A DNA stretch of 64,000 nt from a virus (taxonomy: Duplodnaviria > Caudoviricetes): positions 36,768 through 100,767 of IMG/VR virus record IMGVR_UViG_3300042386_000659; one strand, 5' to 3'. The notes beneath the pieces were generated by a model that saw only the letters and a program-made list of their open reading frames with translations, was not told the DNA's origin and made no database searches. This document shows, piece by piece, positions 9,814-19,082 of this stretch (position 1 is the first letter of the stretch; each line of letters starts with the position of its first letter). Both the position numbers and the translations under genes were made by a program.

Positions 9814-10695
9814 ATGAGAAATTTTAAACAAAATCATGAAGAAATGAACTGGCCGTGGGTGGAATCCCCTTTCTTCAATGAATTAATTAAACATCAGGAA
9901 TTAACTGATGAACAAAAAGAATTGGCCATAAAACTCAACAAAGATGGTTATATCATTTTGGATTTAGGATTGACCGATGAACAAATCGAATCATTTAAAA
10001 CTGAGATTGACACTTTAAATGATAGAGATACTGTCGTTACTCAAGCGGATGGATATCACTATTCAAAAGGTAAGAGAATATTTGAGGGTTGGAAAGATAG
10101 TGAGATGTTACAATCTCTTTCTTTGAATCCTGTGGTTATGGATACGTTAAGATTACTTTACAAGAGAGAACCTTACCCATTCCAAACAATCACATTCAAT
10201 TATGGTTCTAATCAACCATTACATAGTGATTTAATTCACTTCGATTCAATGCCGCATAGATGGTTAACAGCGGTGTGGGTAGCCTTAGAAGATATGACCG
10301 ACCAGAATGGTTCATTGTTGTATGTTCCAGGTTCCCATAAACTACCCATATTTGACTTCTACGACCTTAAAGTTAAAGTTCCTGAGTATGGTAAGCAATT
10401 CGATAGTTACGCCGAATATGAGGAGTTTATTAGACAACTGGTGGAGGTACAAGAATTAGAAGTAAAACCATTAATCTGTAAGAAGGGTCAGGCTCTTGTT
10501 TGGTCGGCTAACTTAATACATGGTGGTGACATTATCAGAGACCCAAATAGTACACGTTATTCACAAGTGACTCACTACTATTACGATGATTGTGATGTTT
10601 ATTATTCTCCTATGTTCTCAGAAGCATGGAAAGGTGATTTTAAAACAAAGGATTTATCGGGTAAAAATATAAGAGAATTTAAACATACAAAATAA
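9814..10695 (+). CDS. Phytanoyl-CoA dioxygenase (PhyH) family Fe(II)/2OG oxygenase
   Basis: LHSD (HxD), WVALED, NGSLLYVPGSHK, distal IHGG. Confidence 0.88.
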   Translation: MRNFKQNHEEMNWPWVESPFFNELIKHQELTDEQKELAIKLNKDGYIILDLGLTDEQIESFKTEIDTLNDRDTVVTQADGYHYSKGKRIFEGWKDSEMLQSLSLNPVVMDTLRLLYKREPYPFQTITFNYGSNQPLHSDLIHFDSMPHRWLTAVWVALEDMTDQNGSLLYVPGSHKLPIFDFYDLKVKVPEYGKQFDSYAEYEEFIRQLVEVQELEVKPLICKKGQALVWSANLIHGGDIIRDPNSTRYSQVTHYYYDDCDVYYSPMFSEAWKGDFKTKDLSGKNIREFKHTK

Positions 10696-11624
10696 TGAGC
10701 ATAAAAATAGTAGGTATCGGTGCATATGTACCCGAAAAAGTTTTAACAAATAAGGAGATTGAAAAAATGGTCGATACTGAAGACCAGTGGATTCAAGATA
10801 ATTTAGGAATTAGAGAAAGAAGAATTAGTTCCGATGACCAACTAAGTTCAGACTTGGCAGTTAAGTCAAGTATATCTGCAATTCATGATGCAAACTTAAC
10901 AGTTAATGATATTGATTTCATTATTATGGCAACATCATCACCTGACAGAATTAGTCCATCAACCGCTTGTTTATTACAAGAGAAGATTGGTGCGTTTAAT
11001 GCTGCTTGTGTTGATATTAATGCTGTTTGTCCAGGATTTCTATATGGATTACAAATTGCAAAAGGATTGTTATCTATCGGTCAATACAAAAACATATTAT
11101 TGGTTGCGTCAGAAACTTATTCTAAGTTAACTGATTGGTCAAGACGTGATTGCGTATTCTTTGGTGATGGTTCAGGTGCGGTTGTTCTACAAAGAGATGA
11201 ATCAAACTATTGTGAAATTGATTTATACGCTGATGGTACAGGTAGAGAGGCTTTTACCGTTCATCATAATGAATATTTCTCAATGATAGGTAAAGAAATC
11301 TTTAAGGGTGGAACCACTAAGTTACCGTCATCTATACAATCTTTATTAGAAAGAACTGGTGTTGATAAAAATGATATTACACATGTAGTTCCTCACCAAC
11401 CAAGTATTAATATTTTAAAGAAGACCGCGGAAATATTAGATGTGGATTTTTCTAAATTTGCAACATCGATGGGTGAATATGCAAACACCGCGGGTGCATC
11501 TATTCCCATTACACTTAACAAACTTTACGAACAAAATAAATTAAAGAAAAATGATTTATTACTCCTAACAACAATTGGGTCTGGATGGGTATGGGGTAGT
11601 GGATTAATTAAATGGACAAAATAA
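10695..11624 (+). CDS. fabH: 3-oxoacyl-ACP synthase III (FabH-like)
   Basis: DINAVCPGF (catalytic Cys), FGDGSGA, VPHQ (His), ANTAGASIP (Asn). Confidence 0.9.
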   Translation: MSIKIVGIGAYVPEKVLTNKEIEKMVDTEDQWIQDNLGIRERRISSDDQLSSDLAVKSSISAIHDANLTVNDIDFIIMATSSPDRISPSTACLLQEKIGAFNAACVDINAVCPGFLYGLQIAKGLLSIGQYKNILLVASETYSKLTDWSRRDCVFFGDGSGAVVLQRDESNYCEIDLYADGTGREAFTVHHNEYFSMIGKEIFKGGTTKLPSSIQSLLERTGVDKNDITHVVPHQPSINILKKTAEILDVDFSKFATSMGEYANTAGASIPITLNKLYEQNKLKKNDLLLLTTIGSGWVWGSGLIKWTK

Positions 11625-12268
11625 TGAAAAAAATATTATTAATTGGAGGAACGGGGGGATTAGGGAATCAACTAACTAAACATTTAAGTTTAAACTATAC
11701 ATGTCTTTCAGTTGGTTCTAAATTATTAGACGTAACTAACGAAGAACAAGTAAAAGAATTTCTTAATGATGTGGATTATGACATTATAATTTATCTTTCG
11801 GTTAAAAATATCGACGGATTAATTCATAAACAAACTAAGGAAACAACTGAATCTCAATTAAATGTAAATTTATTTGGGTTTTTGAATGTTCTTCGTCATT
11901 CAACTAATAAACTTAGAGAAAAATGTTTCGGTAGAATCATTTATATATCTTCAGTATTATCTAAGAAACCTATTAGAGGTACTGGTATATATTCGGCAAG
12001 TAAAGCGTTCTGTGATAACTTAATTAAAACATATTCATTAGAGAATTCAAAATACGGAATTACATCTAACTCCATTCAATTAGGATATTTTGAGGGTGGA
12101 TTAACAGATAAAGTTCCTGTAGACATTTTACAAAATGTAAAAAATAGTATATCTTTAAAAAGATTGGGTAAGGTTGCAGAAATGTCAACTTTAATCAAAA
12201 CAATAATCGATACCGAATATATAAACGGTACAAACATATCAATTACTGGTGGTTATGAAAATGAATAA
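11612..12268 (+). CDS. Short-chain dehydrogenase/reductase (FabG-like)
   Basis: GGTGGLG, YSASK, follows fabH. Confidence 0.85.
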   Translation: MDKIMKKILLIGGTGGLGNQLTKHLSLNYTCLSVGSKLLDVTNEEQVKEFLNDVDYDIIIYLSVKNIDGLIHKQTKETTESQLNVNLFGFLNVLRHSTNKLREKCFGRIIYISSVLSKKPIRGTGIYSASKAFCDNLIKTYSLENSKYGITSNSIQLGYFEGGLTDKVPVDILQNVKNSISLKRLGKVAEMSTLIKTIIDTEYINGTNISITGGYENE

Positions 12269-12992
12269 ATTTTTAATTATTTTGGCATATTATGAAAGGC
12301 CAAAAATCGTACTAAACTCATTAAAATCAATTTTAGATATTTCATATCCAGAATTTGAAGTTCACTTTATCGACGATGGTTCAACAAATAGAGGAGAACC
12401 AATTGTTAGAGAGGTTTGTTCTTCAATAATTGATAAGTTTACATTTCATTATATAGATAATACTATTGAACAAAAAAAGGTACAGGGTGGTAGTATACAT
12501 GGGAAGTATCTCAATTTAGCCATTGAACAAAGCGACGCGGACCATGTTATTATTCTATGTGATGATGATGCCATTTTTCCACACTTTCTAACTAAATTGA
12601 ATGTGTTTTTAAATAAGGAAGAAAATTTAGATAAAAAATATTTCTATCATAACATGGTATTATACAATAGTTTAACGGAACCTTACACTGTTGGTGCCGA
12701 AAGAAAAGATTTAAGTTATTTTACCAATCAATGGAAAACACCAATACATTGTTCAAGTAGAGTTGACTCTTCACAAGTAACCTACTCAAGAGAGGCATTT
12801 TTTAATGATGGTTTATCTTATCCGGCACCTCAAACATCAGGTTTAGATGCTGCAATTTATGAACAAATGTTTCAAAAATGGGGACCTTGTTATTATAGCA
12901 GTTTAATATCACAAGTAAAATCAAATAACGAAGACAATTTAATTTGGAAGGATAAAACAGATAATATGTTTATAACTAAAGACATGAAATAA
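12249..12992 (+). CDS. Glycosyltransferase family 2
   Basis: IDDGS and LCDDD motifs. Confidence 0.8.
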   Translation: MVMKMNKFLIILAYYERPKIVLNSLKSILDISYPEFEVHFIDDGSTNRGEPIVREVCSSIIDKFTFHYIDNTIEQKKVQGGSIHGKYLNLAIEQSDADHVIILCDDDAIFPHFLTKLNVFLNKEENLDKKYFYHNMVLYNSLTEPYTVGAERKDLSYFTNQWKTPIHCSSRVDSSQVTYSREAFFNDGLSYPAPQTSGLDAAIYEQMFQKWGPCYYSSLISQVKSNNEDNLIWKDKTDNMFITKDMK

Positions 12993-14101
12993 TGAATATA
13001 ACATTCGTACTTGCAGTATATAATAAATTAGATTTAACACAGGAATGTTACAATCGTTTACGTAACATATACCCAACAGCACCTTTGGTGATTAGTAGTG
13101 GTGGTTCATATGATGGAACCAAAGAATGGTTGGAATCATTGGAAGATAAGAACCTTTCTTTTATTCATGATGATGATAGGTTGACATTTTCTGAAACATA
13201 TAATGCGGCAATCAAACTTGTTGATACTGAAAAACTTGTGTTGATTCACAACGATATGGTAATTGGTGAACAGTTTTTAGAGAACTTAGATAGATTATTA
13301 GATGAGAATCCAAATACATTATTATCCTATACAACAATTGAACCCCCAATTTTTAGAGGTCATCAAAGAGCAGGTAAAGTATTATTAGATTTGGGTTCGG
13401 GGTTTGATAACTTTGACCAATATAATTTTAATGCTTATGTGGACCAATGGAAAGATAGTAAGAACCTATACAATGGTGCGGTGTTCTTTATGTCAGGATT
13501 TAAAAAGATGTTTGATGATATTGGTGGGTTTGATGGTTTCAGTTTTGTACCCGCATTTTGTGAGGATGATGATTTCTTAATCCGTGCGAAACTAAAAGGT
13601 TATAATTTAAAAACGTGTGATTCTGCAATCACCTATCATTTTGTTTCGCAGACATCAAGATTTAGTGATGATTACAAAAAAGATAGAATGTTATATGAGG
13701 TTTCATCTAACAGAAACTTTGTTAGAAAGTGGGGAGTACCAATCTCAGCATTCAATGAACTTAGGTATTGGGAAGAAGATAACTTTACTTATAAGACTTT
13801 TAATATGGGTTTAACTACTCGTAATAGAAATAGATTAATGGAAGTAGAACCATTCTTCGATAAAATCGATTTAGGGGAGATTCCTGAGACTTATATTGAA
13901 AATGAACAAAAGAATACACGATACGATTTAAGGTCGAAATTTACCCTTACAGATACGGTTGATGTGATGATTACGGAGGTTGATCAATTCACAGATGACG
14001 ACATTAGAACTTTACATAAAATAAGGTTATCGATACCTTACTATGAGCCTGGTGAATACCAAATAGGAAATATGATGATAGTTATTAAGAAAACTATTTA
14101 A
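12992..14101 (+). CDS. Glycosyltransferase family 2
   Basis: VLAVYN, IHNDMVI, GGFD...CEDDDF. Confidence 0.82.
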   Translation: MNITFVLAVYNKLDLTQECYNRLRNIYPTAPLVISSGGSYDGTKEWLESLEDKNLSFIHDDDRLTFSETYNAAIKLVDTEKLVLIHNDMVIGEQFLENLDRLLDENPNTLLSYTTIEPPIFRGHQRAGKVLLDLGSGFDNFDQYNFNAYVDQWKDSKNLYNGAVFFMSGFKKMFDDIGGFDGFSFVPAFCEDDDFLIRAKLKGYNLKTCDSAITYHFVSQTSRFSDDYKKDRMLYEVSSNRNFVRKWGVPISAFNELRYWEEDNFTYKTFNMGLTTRNRNRLMEVEPFFDKIDLGEIPETYIENEQKNTRYDLRSKFTLTDTVDVMITEVDQFTDDDIRTLHKIRLSIPYYEPGEYQIGNMMIVIKKTI

Positions 14102-14949
14102 TGAATATACTTGTAACCGGAGGAGCTGGATTCATAGGTACCAATTTAGTTAAAAGACTTTTAAAAGATGGTCACGATGTAACATCGTTAGATAACTACT
14201 TAAGTGGTTTTAGTTCTAATCATCAAGATGGTGCAAATTATATATGTGGTGATGTTAGAAACTTATCGATATTAGATGATGTGAAATATGATGTTATATT
14301 TCATTTAGCGGCCATCGCAAGAATACAACCATCATTCAAACATCCTGTTGAATATTTTCAAACAAATACTAATGGTACATTGAACGTGGTACAATATTGT
14401 ATTAAGAATGATATACCACTAATTTATGGTGGGAGTAGTTCACATCATAGTGGTAAGTTTAAAAATCCATACACTTTTAGTAAAGATATTGGTGAGGAAA
14501 TAGTTAAACTTTATCAGGAACATTTTGGTTTAAAATCATCAATAACTCGTTTTTATAATGTATATGGTCCTTACCATTTAAAAGATGGTGGTTATAGTAC
14601 AGTTATTGGTAGATGGGAGAAACAATATGATGATGGTGACCCTTTAACCATATATGGTGATGGTTCTAAGAGGAGGGACTTCACACACGTTGATGATATT
14701 GTTAATGCGTTAATTAAGATATGTGATAAACAAGTGTGGGGGCACACATTTGAATTGGGTAGAGGTCAAAATTTCTCGCTGAATGAGGTTGCTGATATGT
14801 TTAAAAAAGATAGAGTTTATATGGAAGATAAACCAGGAGAAGCTCAAGAAACTTTATGTGAAAGTACATTAGCTAGATTAATTTTAGATTGGATACCAAT
14901 CGTAAATTTATATGATTATATAGATGAGTATAAAAAAAAGGGACTATAA
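14101..14949 (+). CDS. NAD-dependent nucleotide-sugar epimerase/dehydratase
   Basis: VTGGAGFIG, YTFSK, RFYNVYGP, RDFTHVDD. Confidence 0.92.
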   Translation: MNILVTGGAGFIGTNLVKRLLKDGHDVTSLDNYLSGFSSNHQDGANYICGDVRNLSILDDVKYDVIFHLAAIARIQPSFKHPVEYFQTNTNGTLNVVQYCIKNDIPLIYGGSSSHHSGKFKNPYTFSKDIGEEIVKLYQEHFGLKSSITRFYNVYGPYHLKDGGYSTVIGRWEKQYDDGDPLTIYGDGSKRRDFTHVDDIVNALIKICDKQVWGHTFELGRGQNFSLNEVADMFKKDRVYMEDKPGEAQETLCESTLARLILDWIPIVNLYDYIDEYKKKGL

Positions 14950-14960
14950 AGTCCCTTTTT
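14935..14960. terminator. Bidirectional intrinsic terminator at the convergent junction
   Basis: AAAAAGGGACT-ATAA-AGTCCCTTTTT perfect hairpin with T-tracts on both strands; contains both stop codons. Confidence 0.75.
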
Positions 14961-15414
14961 CTTTTTTGATTAATTTAAATAAGACCTGATATTTGTCTTT
15001 CGTTTTACCCGCATCCTTTAAATCTTCTTTGGTAATTTCAGGGTATTCGATTTCAATTTCTTGATTTAAAAGTACACCATATTCATTATCAAATTCGATG
15101 TATTGTGGGTTAATAACTTTACCAGTTACATTACCCTCCTCATCTTTCAATTCATTATACATTTTAACTAAGACTCCACCCTTACCATCTTCTTCACCAT
15201 ATTTTTTGATTAACTCATCTCTTAATGCTTCAACCTTAGTTCTCTCACCTTTAAGTTCTGTTGAGAAGTCACTCAATTCATATTTCAAAATGATTGAAAG
15301 GTTTTGTTTACTGAATCCCTCAAACACTTGTTCTCCGGTTTGTGGTTCAATATATCCGTTTATTTCACTTTCTAATTGTAGAACATCTCCTAATTTTAAT
15401 GTAATTTTTTCCAT
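14944..15414 (-). CDS. Hypothetical acidic phage protein
   Basis: 156-aa ORF with own upstream AT-rich promoter-like region. Confidence 0.7.
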   Translation of the reverse strand: MEKITLKLGDVLQLESEINGYIEPQTGEQVFEGFSKQNLSIILKYELSDFSTELKGERTKVEALRDELIKKYGEEDGKGGVLVKMYNELKDEEGNVTGKVINPQYIEFDNEYGVLLNQEIEIEYPEITKEDLKDAGKTKDKYQVLFKLIKKEKGTL

Positions 15415-15467
15415 ATTTTTTTAATTCTATTTTTATAATATATATCTTAATTTTAAAAATGTAAAGA

Positions 15468-16475
15468 TTAAATTATCGTCAATAATGCATAAGTAATCAT
15501 AATAGATATCCACACAATTAAAGCCTTCAAGTAGGTCATAAATCCAGTGTGGAAATACTTCTGACCGATTGGTAGACATTTATGTGATGGGGATATCAAA
15601 TATGCTGAATATTCCAATGTAAAGAATAATACGAAATATTGCATACCAAATACACTCGTTAATAAACTAACAATACTCGCATATTTTGCGGAAGATCCCA
15701 ACATAAATGATGATAGAAATGATATCATTGCAACAACTAGAATGTGTTCAGGTTTACTATATTGTTTAATATACCCTTCAATTACATTATAATATGAACC
15801 AACCAAGTTACCAAGAATAATAACCAACGCCACTATCCATATTAATTCCCAATCAATATACCCTAATATTTTATTCCAACTCTTAGAGTAATATACTAAC
15901 CATACTGTAAATCCAGTAAAGAAACCAAAATAGTATTGGGTAAAGAATACACACATTAATATGGTTACTAAAAATGGTATAACCACCATAGTTATATTTT
16001 GCATATTAATTGGTCCATCCTTAACTTCGATATCAATCTCATCATCTTCTAATGATAAAATGTAATAGGTTACATACAAGACTGAAATTAAAAGTAATGG
16101 CCAAATATATGACATGAATTGCATATAGGTTAAACCTAATACCGCCATTGGAATGATAACTGTTTTCTCCAATGGTGACCACAGATAATAGTGATGTGTT
16201 GCAAGATAGTCAATGATGCCAAACTTCTTACGTTTCTTATTATCTATAGGTGCAATACTATTCAACATAGATGCTGATAACGCAACACGTCCAGGAATAG
16301 GTAAGATACCACCAAAGAGTGACACTAAAAATACCACCATTCTTTTAGACTTAACTTTTTGTTCAAGTAGTCTGAAGATGTCCATAAGGTATCCTCTTTC
16401 TTTGAGGATACCTGTTACGAACATAATGAATATTAAATAGACAAGAAACTCTTGTCCTTTGATTAGAATTGACAT
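15468..16475 (-). CDS. Polytopic inner-membrane protein, possible ion-transporter (IT) superfamily permease
   Basis: About 9-10 hydrophobic segments; GGILPIPG and ISPSHKCL motifs; coupled to the TonB receptor gene. Confidence 0.65.
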   Translation of the reverse strand: MSILIKGQEFLVYLIFIMFVTGILKERGYLMDIFRLLEQKVKSKRMVVFLVSLFGGILPIPGRVALSASMLNSIAPIDNKKRKKFGIIDYLATHHYYLWSPLEKTVIIPMAVLGLTYMQFMSYIWPLLLISVLYVTYYILSLEDDEIDIEVKDGPINMQNITMVVIPFLVTILMCVFFTQYYFGFFTGFTVWLVYYSKSWNKILGYIDWELIWIVALVIILGNLVGSYYNVIEGYIKQYSKPEHILVVAMISFLSSFMLGSSAKYASIVSLLTSVFGMQYFVLFFTLEYSAYLISPSHKCLPIGQKYFHTGFMTYLKALIVWISIMITYALLTII

Positions 16476-16477
16476 AA

Positions 16478-18250
16478 TTAAAAATTATATTTAAGGTTTA
16501 AATTAATACTTCTTGTTGGTAAATCAACTGACGATCCCCAGACTCTACTAGCATCATTAAATAAGTTATAAAACAACATTGTGTATTCTAAATTTTTATA
16601 CTTTGTGGTGTATCCAACGTTCACCAATCTCACACCTTTATTGTGTAAAAATTGTCGAACATCATTTCTATCTGCAAATGATAAAGATTGATCAATTGGT
16701 TGATATCTACCTTCCACCCATAGCTTATTATAATTTAGTTTGATGTAGCCAAAATATGGTACTGTTTTATCAACTGGTTCTGTTGTTCCTGTTAATCTTT
16801 TAACACCATAAACATATTCTGCTCTAGCATTCACACCTAGTTTAGTTCCAAACAAACTATCATTAAAATAACCTAACGTTGCGCCATTTACTGAGACACC
16901 ACCAATGTTATCGGTCCTAAATACGTTTGTCGATAGTACGGTTACATTAAATGCATCATCTAATTCTTTGAAGTAAACATCAAAATATAAATTACTTCTT
17001 TTATAACCAAATCGATATGTTTGACCTCTCTCTTGTATTAAATCCGGGTTTGGTAATTGTGTACCTCTACCATTTGTCATTGCTTGTTTAATCATCAAAT
17101 AACTTGGTGCGTTTAAGCTATTGTCATAACTTGCAAATAGACCTTTGTATCCAACAATTGCTGAATATTCAAAACCATTAAATGGATCAATATCAGTTAT
17201 TTGAACATTCTTTAATCCTAAACTTGTGTAAACTTTTACTTTATAAATTTCATTAATCCAACGAATACCATGCTTTGTTGTTTTATAATCATCGTTTGAT
17301 ACCCCGCCAACTAAACCATTTTCATATCTTATTTTTTCGATTGTGTTTGTTGAATATATACTAAATGAATGTGGTAATTGATATTCAAGATTTGCGGTAT
17401 ATGCGTCTAGGTGACTAGCAACTTTTTTTGTCCCATCTAAAATATCTTCCGCACTATTTTGATATGCAAGATTTACACGTAGTCTGTTTAAATTCATCTC
17501 ATGATTAACAAACAAATATCTTTGTAGTTCCCACGTATAAACCGCCGGTCTTTGATAACCAGAACTTCTGAAACCACCGTTCCATCTATCTGTTCTTTCT
17601 AAATCATTTGATTGTGAAAAAATTAAAGTTGTTTTTTGTGTTGAAGACCAGTTGGCTTCAGACACCAATGCTTTTTGGTTGTAAGCACTGTGTTGAAATG
17701 TACTATCTGGAGATATAACATTACCATAATCGATGTTGTTAAAACCAATACCAAATTTCTTACCTTTATAAGATGCTGATTGGCTAAATCCATCCGTACC
17801 ACCCACATAATTTAATCCAACATGTGATGATTGTACACCAACCTTTCTTTCGATTGTTCCACCAATATTACCACCATCTGTAATAGAAATTAACTTTGTA
17901 AATTCTAGTGGAACCCATCCAAAATATTGATTTGGTCCAGTTCTAAATAAACCGTTATTAACCCTAATACCATTAATTGATTGGTCAACTTGATTACCAG
18001 TAAACGCACCAACATATGGACTTAATTGTCCCGGACTTGTTTCTTGAATGCGTGCAGAGTTCAAATATACTTTCGGATTTTTTATTACTTGTTGCACCTG
18101 ATAGTTGGTGCCACCAACAACAACAACTTCTTTTAATTCTATTGAAGCTGTGTCTTTTTGAGTTGTACTGTTACCTTTTTGTCCAAATGACATAGTGGTA
18201 GTAAACAATAGTGCTAACATTAGCGATAGCATTGTGATTGTTTTTCTCAT
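16478..18250 (-). CDS. TonB-dependent outer-membrane receptor
   Basis: Signal peptide MRKTITMLSLMLALLF, ELKEVVVVG TonB-box-like segment, plug motif INGIRVNN...GPNQY, terminal YNLF...NLNLKYNF; start moved to 18250. Confidence 0.8.
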   Translation of the reverse strand: MRKTITMLSLMLALLFTTTMSFGQKGNSTTQKDTASIELKEVVVVGGTNYQVQQVIKNPKVYLNSARIQETSPGQLSPYVGAFTGNQVDQSINGIRVNNGLFRTGPNQYFGWVPLEFTKLISITDGGNIGGTIERKVGVQSSHVGLNYVGGTDGFSQSASYKGKKFGIGFNNIDYGNVISPDSTFQHSAYNQKALVSEANWSSTQKTTLIFSQSNDLERTDRWNGGFRSSGYQRPAVYTWELQRYLFVNHEMNLNRLRVNLAYQNSAEDILDGTKKVASHLDAYTANLEYQLPHSFSIYSTNTIEKIRYENGLVGGVSNDDYKTTKHGIRWINEIYKVKVYTSLGLKNVQITDIDPFNGFEYSAIVGYKGLFASYDNSLNAPSYLMIKQAMTNGRGTQLPNPDLIQERGQTYRFGYKRSNLYFDVYFKELDDAFNVTVLSTNVFRTDNIGGVSVNGATLGYFNDSLFGTKLGVNARAEYVYGVKRLTGTTEPVDKTVPYFGYIKLNYNKLWVEGRYQPIDQSLSFADRNDVRQFLHNKGVRLVNVGYTTKYKNLEYTMLFYNLFNDASRVWGSSVDLPTRSINLNLKYNF

Positions 18251-18283
18251 TTTGTTTTTGTTTAAGAAAAGTTTATAAAATTG

Positions 18284-18373
18284 CGGGGAGGAAGAGATTC
18301 GGACTCTCGATTGAATGTTAAGTCCAATAGCAGCTTCGGAGGCTGTCGGTTTAAACCACTCACCCACCTCCCC
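18284..18373 (-). tRNA. Atypical class II tRNA: Ser-like body with CCG (Arg) anticodon; may be non-canonical or pseudo
   Basis: GGGGAGG/CCTCCCC acceptor, G73, D-arm GGT-GAGTGGTTTAA-ACC, anticodon arm ACAGC-CTCCGAA-GCTGC, long variable arm ATTGGA/TTCAAT, T-arm GAGAG-TCCGAAT-CTCTT; no encoded CCA. Confidence 0.75.
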
Positions 18374-18387
18374 TTACAATATATTAT

Positions 18388-18417
18388 AATATAAACAAAA
18401 AATATCAGATAATCAAC
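18388..18417 (-). promoter_or_regulatory. Putative promoter for the tRNA / TonB receptor / permease unit
   Basis: GTTGATT-N17-TATATT on the minus strand, just upstream of the tRNA. Confidence 0.45.
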
Positions 18418-19082
18418 TACCTCTCAATTAAAAATATTCCAAGACCATTCCAAAAATCATTACTATCTTCGCCGGATGTGTATAATTGTATTGAGTGTTT
18501 TATAAATAAGTTATTATCCTCAACAAATTTTTCAAACGACCCATTATCCCAATTCCAGTCATCCATAATAAGAATTGTTTCATTGGAAAATATCGGTAAC
18601 ATATTTGTTAACGCAACGTACTGGTCATGAAATTTTGTTTCTCCATCATAAAAAATGATATCAACATTTGGTAATGTTTTGAAATCGAAAGTTTGATAGT
18701 CTGTTTTATAAACCGATGTCTTATCCACATTACCAAACCTTTTAACATTGCTTATAAATTCTTCTTGTGGTAATATATCAATATTATGTTTATAATAGTT
18801 GCCAATTTTTTGACTAACTCCCTTAGGTGTTAGATTTGGTGACATAAAGTTATCAACACCTATTGAGTGGATGTCATTACCATAGATAGCAGAACAAAAA
18901 GTAGCTCCTCGAAAAACACCAATCTCAAGATATGTTGCACCATCAATATTACAAATGTTATTTAAAAAACATCTAACTTTATTACTGGTTATCCCATGAA
19001 TATCTAAAATATCTTGAGTTAGTTTTGATACCTCAAGTTTACCCCATTCAATCGAGTCATCAATATGTTTAATTAAGTCCAT
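18417..19082 (-). CDS. Class I SAM-dependent methyltransferase (Methyltransf_24-like)
   Basis: YLEIGVFRGAT, IFYDG, IMDDWNW. Confidence 0.8.
   Translation of the reverse strand: MDLIKHIDDSIEWGKLEVSKLTQDILDIHGITSNKVRCFLNNICNIDGATYLEIGVFRGATFCSAIYGNDIHSIGVDNFMSPNLTPKGVSQKIGNYYKHNIDILPQEEFISNVKRFGNVDKTSVYKTDYQTFDFKTLPNVDIIFYDGETKFHDQYVALTNMLPIFSNETILIMDDWNWDNGSFEKFVEDNNLFIKHSIQLYTSGEDSNDFWNGLGIFLIER

Noticed and set aside
10695-12268. FabH/FabG as auxiliary fatty-acid synthesis genes
   Set aside because: No ACP, FabD, FabF or FabZ nearby; the position among sugar aminotransferase and acyltransferase genes points to acyl-sugar tailoring
18251-18367. N-terminal 39-aa extension of the TonB receptor ORF given in the ORF track
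   Set aside because: It runs through the tRNA cloverleaf; the signal peptide starts at Met 18250
18284-18373. Selenocysteine or suppressor tRNA, or CGG codon reassignment
   Set aside because: Anticodon is CCG, not UCA/CUA; the acceptor stem is 7 bp; CGG codons align with Arg in paralogs and repeats
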